64,000 bases of DNA from Lepidodermella squamata (Eukaryota > Animalia > Gastrotricha): assembly GCA_047495785.1 (NCBI GenBank), contig JBLDXI010000020.1, positions 124,001 through 188,000 of the forward strand, written 5' to 3'. The notes under the pieces were generated by a model. That model had not been told where the DNA came from. It saw nothing but the letters and a program-made list of their open reading frames with translations, and did not search any database. Made by a program: the position numbers and the translations under genes. Shown piece by piece: positions 52,514-64,000 of the stretch (position 1 is its first letter; each line of letters opens with the position of its first letter).

Positions 52514-53546
52514 AAACTCAGATCGAACATGACGAGTAGCTCAGTTTTGTGTACTTCTTCAATCGGGAAACCTTTAATAAAAGTGCTACCTAGGTGTGCT
52601 ATTCTTTATGTTTTATTTCATGCCAACATGTCGCGTATAATACCATGTATATATACAGGCTATAAGTAATATGCAATAAGCTTGACAACATAGGTATCTA
52701 ATAAGGTTGAATAACATACAGATACAAATTTTAGCAGTGGTTAAAATGGCGCAAGCGACGAGATACTTTGGAGACTATAACGGTTACGCTGAGGTCTGTA
52801 CACAACTGCAGTAATAATAATAATAATAACAATAATAATGTTACTGTTAAAAAACAAAGCTAATAAACGCAAGCTGCGAGGGCGAAAAAATGTGTCCGAG
52901 GCTAAATACTGTTCAGAGGGATGATGAGTGTGTTTGTGAGTGTCAGAAAAGACGGCGTAGGGTGAGAAGACTGAACTAGGCGTGACGAGAGGAAGTGACA
53001 CGAGACAATCTCCTAAAATATAATATTTTTTCTCACATTTGTGACAACAGGTTTGCGGCATAGGCATAGAAGAGATGCGACTTCCGAGACGTCAATGCTG
53101 AAGTATTATGTCAACCAGCAGCGCGAAAATCTACCTTAATCATAGTCACAATCATGCACAGGCTTGAATTGTCAGCCGGGTCTTAATTTAGAAATAGCAG
53201 GTCAAGTTGAAACAGTCAATGGCAGCAAGCAGTCGAACGATCAAAACAAGATTAGGTAATATCCAGGAATGTAGATAATAATCCAACAAAACAAAACTGC
53301 ACAAAATGCACATCCGCACCGAAGAAAATAATAAGATAATAAGCTAACGATTTGGCTCCATTCGCTTCGTCATATCTTTGTACAATACTGAACCCGACTA
53401 TAATAACGGCTCAAAAAAAAGAAACAGATTATAGCTACTAGAATGTGAAGCGCATCACAAGAAGTGTCAGTGCTAAGGGAACATATAATTATTATCGTCA
53501 ATTTCGAAAACAAGTGACTAGAGCTCATCGCGTCGAATCGGTGCGC

Positions 53547-56500
53547 TCAACCGGCGACCTGGTGCACGTGACCTGAAGGAGCAGCCGTGTTGGCGGTTGA
53601 TTGCGGCGGCTGGGCGAATGTGACGATCTGGAAAGGGTTGCCGCCATTGCTGCCACGCATCTGCATCGAAGTTGCGACTGGGCTCACAGGAACAACGCCA
53701 CCAGGAACAAAGGCATAACCTTCAATAAAATAGAATTTAAATAAAAATCCAAAATTTTTACAAAATTAGACTAAATAAGTATTATAGCTAATAAGCGCAA
53801 GCCAACAAACCATCAGCGACGTTGTAGGACGGAGTGAGCAGCCAGTTGCAAGAGGCGCTGCTGGTCGGAATTGAGATGCCAGAGCTTGTTGAGGAAGCTG
53901 TGTGCTGCGGCGCGTTCAGGTAGGCGTAAAGCGAATCGTGGCTACCGTTGATCGAGCTACCGGTTCTGTCGTCGAGCAGCGACAACGGCGACAAGTCCGG
54001 CGGCGAATAGCTGGCCTGTACCAAAGAGGAAGCTGACGACATGGGTGGCGATGGGTACAGGTGTTCATCAGTCTTAAAAGCTGCTGCAGCAGCAGCGCTA
54101 TCAGCTGTGAAAAAGCGAGCGATGCAAGCGTTTGATAAAGAAGCAAATTTGCAAAATTTGTCAAACATACCAGGCGAAGACAAGAAACCGCCTGAGTTGG
54201 CACCGAGTTGCGACAGGGCATAGAATGCGGCCAGGTTTTTCGCCTCGTTTTGATCGGCGGCGAAGCGCGGCGACGGCGCCGATAAAACGCCCGGAATCGT
54301 AACAACGCAGGCGAACATGGGCGTCTGGACAGTCACAGGCACGGCACGAGCGGCGTCGCTAGTCGGCGAAGACTTGTTATCACCGCCCTTTTCCCCACCA
54401 GCCGATTCATCTACGGAAGGGGTAGCTGAGGGTGAGGCGGCACTAGGCGAAGGCGTGACGAACGCAGCAGTTGGCATGTACTGCACGTACATCTGGTACT
54501 GCGGCATCGGGAGGCCGTTTATCGAACAGAACTCTTCGAGCACGTTGTGAGCCATCTTCGACGACGATGGAACGAACGGGGGAGCCAGCAACGGGTGCAG
54601 GCCCTGGCTTTGCTCAGATGCAGGCGCCGACTGATCTTGGTTCGGGGCGGACGCGGACGGAGCTTGAGGCCCCGAGCCGCCGCTTGCCTTGATGGCGTCC
54701 TGCAGTGACGACATCAACTTGTTTTGCTGCAGCAGGGCCGAGGCGTCGAATCCCGGTTGGCTCATCAGCATTGCAGCAGCGGTCAGAGACGGGTCGGCGA
54801 AGTACGAGTCGCCGGCTGGTCCGCCGAACGCAGACTTGGCATCAAGGACAAGCTGATGTTGCGCATGAAGGCCCGGGAACTGGAATCCGGCGTGGTGCTG
54901 CATCGGCTGGGCGCCGTTGCGCATGCCGCCGCTCGTTCGATTAGCAGATCCACCCGGGTTTAGTCCGGCGTGCTGTTGCTGTTGATGAGCCATCTTCCAC
55001 GAAAACTTGCTGTTCTGGCCGGCCAGATTAGGCGCGCTCATACCAGCAGAGCCGTTTCGAGCTCCATACTGTTGCAAGCCAGCGTGACCAGGAATGGCAT
55101 TTCTAAAAATATTGCAAAAGAAATTATTAAAACGAGGAATTCGAAAATTTTCCGAGCGTAATAAGCCTGGAAAAAACGGAGAAGAACTCACAGTGCAGGG
55201 TTGGCATTTGCTGCGCCAAACAGCTGCATGTGCGGCGCGAAAGCAAATAGCGGAATGCCGTTGTACTCGAGAGCGCTGACCATCTGAAGCAAGAAATTCA
55301 AATAAATTAAGGTAAGGGGAGGGAACGAACGAAAACGAAATATACATACCTTAACTGGCGAGCCTTGCAGCGAGTGCTGCATGCCCTGCTGTTGGGCCTG
55401 TTGCTGTTTCTGGGTCGTCTTGTCTGGGGGCTTGGCAAGAGTGATCTCAATGGCGGTGTTGTCGAGAACGCAGTTGTTGAACTTTTCAAGGCAGCGCAGG
55501 GCGTCATCGCGTTCGTTGAAGTGGACAAAGGCAAAGTCGTTGATTTTCTTGACGCGCTCGATGGCTTTCGGTTTCTGCAGGAAATTGGTGAACATTTGCT
55601 CGATTTGCTGCTCGGTCGTCGACATCATCAAATTGCGCAGGTACAGAATCTTCACCTTCGACATGGTGTCATCGTCGACAGATCGCTCAGGCTCGGCCCA
55701 GTCAACCGCGACTTGCTGATTCCACAGTTGAATGCGGCCAGGAATCAACTTGCGTCGGGCCATGGCTGCCGCTTTGTGGCTCTAAAATGAATCATCGTTA
55801 TATTTTTAGAAAAATATCGAGAAGAAAGCGAGATGACTAAAAAACCAGCCGATGAGAAAAACAAAAAAAATAAAAAATTACCTCGTATTCAACGAAGGCG
55901 AATCCCCTATTTTTCGTTTTGTCCAGAACGGACGGATACATAATCACATCGACGACACCGCTGGTGATTTTCTTCATTTCTTCGAGCGTTTCTTCTTTCG
56001 TCTTCGACTTTGGAATACCGCCGATGAACAGACGGCAGTTGTCGACAGAAAGGCACACGCCGATTGAACGGCCTTTGCGAATTTCGAAGTTGTTGAGCTC
56101 GCGAATCGCACGTTGCGCTTCGCTTTTCGACGTGAACATGACGAAGGCGTAGCCGCGATTTTCGCCGCCGAAATTCATCATCAGGCGTAGTTCGTAAATG
56201 TGCCCGACCGTTTCGAAGAGTGGAACCAGCTCGTCTTCGTAGCAGTCACGTGGTATTTTGCCGACGAAGACTTCACAACCACGCGATGGCGCAGGTTTGT
56301 TCTCCGGCCAACCGGGTGGTGGTCCGCCGTAGCGGCGCTGGCCGTTTTCTTGCACAATCTTGTAGCCAGTGCGCTTCATCAGGGCTAGAATTTTGGCGTG
56401 CGACTGAAGCTCAGGCGGAATTTGCTGATCTTGTTGACCTGGCATCGGTGACATCGTCATTGGGGAGTCAGAGGCCGGTGGTGACGGCGAAGGCGATGGT

Positions 56501-56583
56501 GAGTCTATTTTGTTAGAAGTTAGAGAAATGAGCAGCGAGAAAAAATGAGCCGACTTACTATCGTTATCTTCAAGCACTGGCAT
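53547..56583 (-). CDS. A1CF/RBM46/RBM47 (dead-end-related) family protein: 3 RRMs + C-terminal dsRBD-like domain
   Basis: [90 protein letters not shown]; LEEFC..GLPMPQY...AKNLAA.YAL. Confidence 0.9.
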
Positions 56584-58338
56584 GATGAGGGATTTTTTGA
56601 TTTCGCGTGAATCGAAGCGAATCGAGTAGGTACAAGTGATAGTGATTAGCAGGAATTAACCACAAATCAACGTTCAAAATCGACACCACACTATAATGGT
56701 AATAGAATTAAAATTATTGCAGCACTATTTCAAAGCATGCTTAGAAACTGAGAGCGGGCTCAAGTGAGGCTTGTAATGCGCTTGTTATCATAATCTAGTG
56801 ACTTTTAATGGCTTTGAGTGCGCGTTTATAAAGTCACCGTATCGTCGGCAGGCAAATCCCATCCGGGCTGCCGGTCGCGATATCGTTGTTTGCTCACGTC
56901 GCAACAGCCGCGCAGTAACCGGGAGTAAAAGAAAGGCCGACTGCGCGGCGGCGACGGTACTCGTGACGCTGCAAAAGGCGAACCCGGGGGCGACGGGAAG
57001 TTCCCTATCTTTGACTTTTTATCTATATGCTGAGCAACAGGCTGAGCAATTAACGGAACTGAAACAATTTGGAGCGAGTTAGATAACGCGCAAGCCACTG
57101 TTTAATTTCGGGCGAAGAGATTACTGAAATTTCGAAACTACAGAAACCGTGTTTCTTATCACTGCAAATACACAATTTCTAACCCGAATAAGTGTTTTCA
57201 AACATGAAGGCAGTGTTTGCGAACTAAAGAACACGCAGAAGAATATACACTTAACCGCATGAATAAATATTCACGGAAAACCCGTTATCATTGAAGAAAA
57301 ATTATGCCACTAGCTCTAATAGCGCACTGACAAAATGAAAGAATCGCGCTGGGACAGCTTAATTCCGAAGATTTCATAAAATAAGAGCGAGGAAACTATT
57401 TCGAACGGGCGCAGCCGAGATTCGAATTAGCGACACGAAAATAAAAAATACGACGTGCGTTAACGGCTTTTATAAGGAAAGTGAGCATCGCTGTTTGCTG
57501 CTCGCACCAAATTTTGAAATCCGCGGACCTCATAATTGTCGCTCACGCACAGAAAGCCACGATCATTAATGATTTTGCAGACCCATGTCTGGGCTCTCGG
57601 CCTCAACACGCAGGTCAAGCATCCACGCAGAGTCCTCGGCCTCGAAAACTTGCAGAAAATTATTGCCAGTGCAGTCAGTCATTCCACGCGTGTAGTAATC
57701 AGGTAGTAATAGACTGTACATCTACTGACTTTTTGAATCGAAAACTTGGCATAAAAAACTTTGCTGAAAATTTGAAAGAAAGCAACAAAAATAATAATAA
57801 TGTTATAAATGTGTATTGTTGGGGCTAGGTAATACGTCCGGTTTGATCGCTTCGTATTTATTGACTGGCAGATTTCAACCACATCGGGAGTGGGAGTCAT
57901 TAACCGCTGCATCATTAAGGGTCATTATTAGTCGTTAACGCATTTGGTAATGACTAAAACCTGAGTTGGCAACAAATTGGCTGCCTACATTACTTGCGCC
58001 GCCGTTTTATTGACGTGTTTAATGATAGGCCGTTTGATGTAGCCGATCGGTCTTCCTCTTCCTTCTCTTATTCTTCCCTTCTTCTTCCCTCTCTATCTTC
58101 CAATCTTCCAATCTGTCTTCCAGATTGCGCCGCGGCTCTGACGCGGCGCTCTTCCTTTCTTCCCTTTTATAGGTAGACAAATTTCTGTTACTGTTTTGAG
58201 TCATTGACGCGAGCCAATCACAATTCGACAAATTGCAATTTGAAAATTATTAAGGCGCATTTTTTATTTTGTTGCTTTATTGTCGCACACATAAAAATGC
58301 GTGCATTATTACCTATTTTATATATGTGTGTGTGTGTG

Positions 58339-58819
58339 CGGACGCAGGACTACCCGATTTTTTGCCTGAGGTGCGTTTTTTATTAAAACCGAGGTGCTAT
58401 TGTTCAGCGCTGCGATCAATTTTTCGGTGAGATTCGCAACAGAGAAATCACAATCGGCACGTCTATCATGAACTGACCGGCTCGAATTGCGGTCAAGGCC
58501 GGTCAGAAAAGACAAATCCCCGCGCGGATTAAGAACATTTGGCCGCGGCTAAATCGTGACATGGCTGTAATTAATTTACGACCATGTAACATGTGACCCT
58601 CGTTAATATCTGACCACATGTCTTAAGAGCTAATTTTATCAAAACTACGCAGAAAAGGTTTTTTATTTTCTCCGCAATTATTGAACATGAAATCGATTTT
58701 AAAAAAAAATCGATCAATTTGGTAAAATTTATGAAAATCCAAAGCGTTTTAGGCAATTTCTGACCATTGTTTTGAATCCAAATGTTTTCAGGCAAAAAAT
58801 CGGGGTAGTCCTGCGTCCG
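58339..58819. mobile_element. MITE-like element with about 31-bp TIRs CGGACGCAGGACTACCC(C)GATTTTTTGCCTGA
   Basis: 58339-58369 is the reverse complement of 58788-58819 (one indel); AT-rich non-coding interior; no clear TSD. Confidence 0.75.
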
Positions 58820-60978
58820 TCAACATCTACGTCACATGACTTGGAAGCAAAAAACAACAGCATCATAGATGCTCTCAGCGCAAAAGCCGCTCGTGCTGCA
58901 TTTTATTTGACACGAGAGCATGACGAGAGGCAAACCCGCTTAGATACAGCCGCAGAGACTTTTCCGTTAGCTTATAAACTTGTTGTTGTTCGGTTTTTAG
59001 TGTCATCGCAACGGTTGTCAGTAGTGTTTCTATTCTGGCGTCAGAGATTCATCAATACTTGATCCAATACTTTAGCGTGTACAGCAACGGCAAAACCACA
59101 CACAAACCAAAACTCATTCACTTGATAGTCAACCAAAAAATGGAAAAAACCGAACCTTGCGAGCTTCATCATCATCTCTTGCTTTATTATTTCGAACGCA
59201 CAAATAAGTAATGATTAAAATAAAAACGAGTCACTTTTGGAAATGGAAAATCTCACCTTAGACAAGAACAGCTTGCTGAGTTCGTGGCCACGGATGTTCT
59301 CGAAATGGAGATTGCCTGCGACTATCGACATGATTGTCGCGCGGCGGTCGGTTGCTGCAGTGGACGCTTGCTGAGTGAAGAACAGCGCGCGACAAGCGGA
59401 AGCTACGGCGGATGAGGACGACGATTTGAGTGATTGTGTCATCGAAGATGCGCAGCTGCTGCTGGTGCGGCTGGCTGCCACTGTCGTTTTGTAGCCGAGC
59501 TGAAGCCTTGCTGCACTGCAGGAACTTGGCTGCGACTAAATGTTTGAAAATTATCGGCGGCGGCTGAAGCTTGGTAGGGTGATTTTTGTCGTTCTTGAAC
59601 ATCAGGCTGTCGTTCACAGAATTGGCCAAAGGTGTTGCCACATGTCGTCACGTCGCCAGAGGGCGATAACTTGGATTGGAACAGGAAAATTTTCAGATTT
59701 GCCCTTTCCTGGTGCCTGCTCAGCCTGCTCAGAATTCGACATTCTTCTGGTTCCAGACGGTCACCTCTGCGAATCACAAAACAATAAATTATGGCATTTT
59801 GAACATATTATGCCATAACGAGGTCTTATTTCGCATTATTATTATTAATGAACAAGATATTTTCTACCATCGAAACTTCCGATATTGTGCTTTTTCGGTG
59901 ATTGCATTTAAACAACCTACCTACTTAAAATCCAAAATGGGGGGCGTGCAGGGGTTGTCAAAACTCGTGGATGCTGTTATTACGCAAATTTCACAGAAAC
60001 GAAGTGTTGCCTATTTTTTTTTAGGTTGAGGCTATGTGCACCCCCTAAAAATTAAAACTAATAAATTGCTATGTGCATCTATATTTGGGGTAAAACCAAT
60101 TAGCTGTGAGTACCCACCTCAAAAACCTTATTGAAAGCTATTGAAAATGATTCGAAAATAAAGGAAATTATCGCACTTGGCGATTAGGACCAAGCTGGCT
60201 GCTGAAGTAGCTCTTTTCCAAGATGCCGCTAAGGTGTGAATTTTCGGAGGAAACTGGGACATCATTAGCTCTGTCGCCTTGGGATAAATTGAAATCTAAC
60301 CGCCAACACCTATTTTAAGTCGCCTAATTCGGAAACTGGCGTGTGCCGATACCGCCATTCTCAGAATTCAGCATCATGCAGAGGACCAGCAGCCAGCAGC
60401 CAGCATTCGAACACGAAGCTGACCGGCTCGTCGACAGCAGTAACTGAGAACGATACCGCCCTTTATATGTAAATAACATCTGGATAAGCTCTTCAATTGT
60501 TTTACTTGGTATCAACGAACTGTTCTCACACAACGGTTGCTCCTTGGTTGCTCCACCACTGGTAAAAATACTAAGAAATCCATCATATCATTAAAATTGG
60601 CGAGTTCGAAGTTCGAACGCAAACGTCGGCCTTTGAATGCGACGAGGATCTGAACCAAGAAATACTGACGGTAACCGCCCAGACGCGGATCGATTAAAAA
60701 GCTACTCGATCCCAATACCAACGTTTGCAACCAATTGCAACGTTTGATGTAGCCGATCGCCTACCGATGACCTGAGCAGCTGACCTGTCGAATACGGCCC
60801 ATTCAATAAAGTGAAATGATGTGCCAATCTTTATTATCGCCAAACAGTATAGTACATGGACAGTCAAATAGTAAAGAACGTTGCTTTCATTAAATATTAT
60901 TTTGCAAAGTTTCATTTCGTTAAAACACGACATTATCGATGTAATATTTGTACATTTCTGTTCTGGATTGACGATTCG

Positions 60979-62154
60979 TTAGTAATGGTACACTCCAAAA
61001 GCAGCAGCTAGGCAAAATATCGAGTCCTGAACGACAAATAGAATTATTAGCGACCATAAAAGGAAGGAAAACTTTTACATACATTGGCGAACATGTGGTA
61101 AGCGACGGAATCCGTGTCACTGTCCCAAAAACATCTCGAAGCCATTCTGAAATTATTCGTTACAAAAATTATAACGGCGTAAAAATCAAAGATTACCTTG
61201 AACCCTGGCCTTTTTGTTCGCCAAGAACGATTTGCACGACAAATTTGTATCGGTTATAACTAAGATCTGAAAATAAAATAATGTGTCTTAGCTTCACGTG
61301 CATGTTGCGATTAGTTAAAAATTAAAACTCGATTATGATAATGTTTCTGTGCCTTTCAATTGCTGTACGAAAATAATAAAAAGCATCCAGAGCTCAATAC
61401 GGACTATGGCAAACGCAGGAATTAATTTGTTCACTTGTTGGTAGAAATTAAGCGCTTTTACATCAATACCTGCAGCGGGAGCGAACAAGAGTGAAAATTG
61501 CGTAACCACTTCCGGCGTTTACACCAAGGCAGCGATGAGGCAGCGGAGAGAGCGAAAAAAGAGCTGACTGAAATACTTTTTTGCGGGTTTTATGTTGCAA
61601 TCAGTTTTTCACAAATATGTAGCTTTTAAATAATGATTTAATTGCTATGAAAAGGCAAGGAGATATCACAGGCACGTGGCATTATTTGTATGTAAAATCC
61701 CGGAGCTTCGCAGTGGATAATAGAGCAAGGTAAGTTGGCCCGTTTCTATTATTTTAAAGTGCCAAGCGGTTAATCGCAAAATCTTGGAAAAAGACCTGCA
61801 GCGCAGCAACACTAATCAAATAACAGAAACATGTTAGAGGGCATATATTTTCGAATCTAACATTCCTTACGAATAGTAAAGATTGCTAAAACTAGAAACC
61901 CACCTTTGAGCCGATGTTTGATGGTATCAGTCAGCTCTTTAGTCAAATCCACGATCTCTTCGGCATTATAAACGCGGCCCTCCAATTTTTCTTTTAATAT
62001 GTCGTGAAGCAGCTGTTTAACAGCTAACACTCGAAACCTAAGATTGGTGACTTTTTAATCTGGGTGCGAGAGTTATTCAAGAACCTAACTTGTGTTGAAA
62101 GGCTGGACGAATCTGGTAGGTTCCAAGTTTGTCACCATCGTTTTCATCGGGCAT
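60979..62154 (-). CDS. DYNLT2B: Tctex1 domain dynein light chain (DYNLT2B/TCTEX1D2), 5 small exons
   Basis: Manual splice gives MPDENDGDKLGTYQIRPAFQHK|FRVLAVKQLLHDILKEKL...IKHRLK|DLSYNRYKFVVQIVLGEQKGQG|MASRCFWDSDTDS...FAN|DSIFCLAAAFGVYHY*. Confidence 0.93.
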
Positions 62155-63659
62155 TTTTTTAGAAAATTCCTAGAAAAGAATAAAGCAGACAATTAGGATA
62201 ATTTTCGAAAGGCAGGGTGCATCGATAATCCCACACATCCATGCACGAACTGCAAGAAATTGAAACATGAGTTTGAAAAATATGCAATTTGATAACGAAT
62301 TGACACAGCTTCACAAACAGAACGCGCAAAATCTTGTAGACCTTTTGCAGTAGGTATGGTATTTTAAAAATATTAATTTCACCAGGTTTATGAATAAGGG
62401 ACGGAAAACGGAATGTGTATGCAAACAACATGAAGTAGAATATAGTTATTAGGATCAGAATCTGGAACCCCAAAACTGTTGATCGAACTGTCTCAACTTC
62501 GCAGTTAATTGACTTCTTTAGAACTAAAGCTATTCACTCAGCATCTGTGATCGATATGAAAATCAATCTAGGTAATCTGATGATTTTTCGTTCGAATGAC
62601 CGAGTTAAGCTGTGAGCATCTGTCATGAAAAACTTACTTCAAAGGTAGCAAGTGCGCAGCCTAGTTAGTCATAATGAAGAACCATGAAGAACGTTTCGCA
62701 TGAATGATTGATGTTGTCAGCGGAATTGAAATGAGTACCAAAACTTGTCACCAATGATTCTGCATTTGGATAAATAAGGCTCAATGGAGAGCAAAATAAT
62801 ATGAAAGTTAGAGAGCACGCTAGGCCGATATGCCAACTCAGGCATCAGCTCGGTACGGAACTCGAAGCAAAATTTCAGCACATAGGCAACTAGGCGACGA
62901 TTTCAATTGGCAACTGAAGGATTCACTCTAAATATGAATCTACACATGCTTGTAATTAATAATTATACGTCGTACTCGCTACAAGAGCTTTTGTCCATTT
63001 AACGGGCGCGAATGGGCGAATGGTAGAGTAGGGGTAGGGTACTGACAAGCCTGGCGCCACGAACGACTCAACGACATGACCATAAGGTCAGCGTAGAGGC
63101 TAGTCCGACAGGCATCCAACAGGACTGTACTGGATGCACAGCACTTCTGCTGAACGCCCCTCACTGGACCTGACTGAGGATAGCGACAAACAATTTAGAT
63201 GTTGGTTCCTCTTAGATTACGACCATTAGAGGAGTGTGGCATCCCACGTCTAAGCCCTTAAGCGGTGGCTGCGAGTCAAAAGCTCGAGATCGAAAGTCGC
63301 ACAACGTCACTCAAGCCTTAAGCTAAAAGCATCCAAGAGCGACACCATTCGATCGCACTTCTAAGGTGGGAGAGTAGATCCTCGCTTCGAGAAAAACGGC
63401 AACGTTATGATGACACTAAGGACGCTATTTTTGTTATTTTTCAAATTCATCTGAAAAATGTTTTATAATTTTAATCTTATTTAGTTATTATTATTCTGGT
63501 GAATACTTATTACATAGCAACGTGGTGGCAACGCCGCTAAGTTTTTCCGTCACTTGAGCGCCTTAGTCAGGTTACACCACAAGCCCCGTTCGTCAAAAAT
63601 TTCAGCAAATAGCAGCGGTCTATCATCATGCCATCTTCTACCTGACTAGCAACAAACGG

Positions 63660-64000
63660 ATGAGACGCAGTGGACACCAGCGTTGGGCATTGGTGAAAAC
63701 TGCCCTAGGAAATCAGGCGCTTTCGAAAAAACTGAGTGAAGAAAAACCTCGAAAATTGAAAGCACTGGAACATGGAACACGGGACGTTTAGCTGGATAAT
63801 TTATTGATAAGATGGCATTTTTAGCGGATGCTTCTTGTCACCTATATAGAGTTGTTAATTGATGGAATGAGCCGCTATTATTCAGAACTGCGGCATCAAA
63901 TTGAGGAGCATTCCGAGTCACTACTTGCGAAACGCTATTTGGAACTGCTACATTTGCTGAATGGTGACGTTGAATGCTCTGGAAGTGAACTCAGTGACTT
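63660..64000 (+). CDS. 5' part of a probable gene running off the window, weakly TTC29-like
   Basis: MRRSGHQRWALVK...HGTRD|RMLLVTYIELLIDGMSRYYSELRHQIE... stays open to the edge if a 39-nt GT-AG intron (63786-63824) is used. Confidence 0.3.

Overview
Gene-dense eukaryotic (invertebrate metazoan-like) genomic DNA, standard genetic code, with very short GT-AG introns (mostly about 50-60 nt). About 19 host genes can be recognised by splicing exons together by hand: BORCS8, METTL13, REP/CHM, FCHSD/nervous wreck, a GnRH/AKH-receptor-like GPCR, UNC-45, FBXO16, RPS8, COX14-like, TBCB, SUB1/PC4, clathrin light chain, UBL7, TRDMT1/DNMT2, RASEF-like, pirin, a 2-RRM protein, an A1CF/RBM46/47-family protein and DYNLT2B/TCTEX1D2 (largely missed by the ORF track). 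The main discovery candidate is an apparently intact 7.7-kb Mutator-like (MULE) transposon at 42060-49761. It has 174-bp TIRs, a perfect 8-bp TSD, a 10-exon 858-aa DDE transposase with two SWIM-like fingers, and a second spliced 424-aa gene with no domain I can recognise, possibly an accessory or anti-silencing factor. Several co-oriented genes lie only about 85-240 bp apart, with an apparently unpaired AG acceptor just before the downstream ATG, which suggests SL-trans-spliced operons. There are also two MITEs, one of which separates a heat-shock-element cluster from the UNC-45 start. Gene identities come from recalled motif similarity, not database searches.
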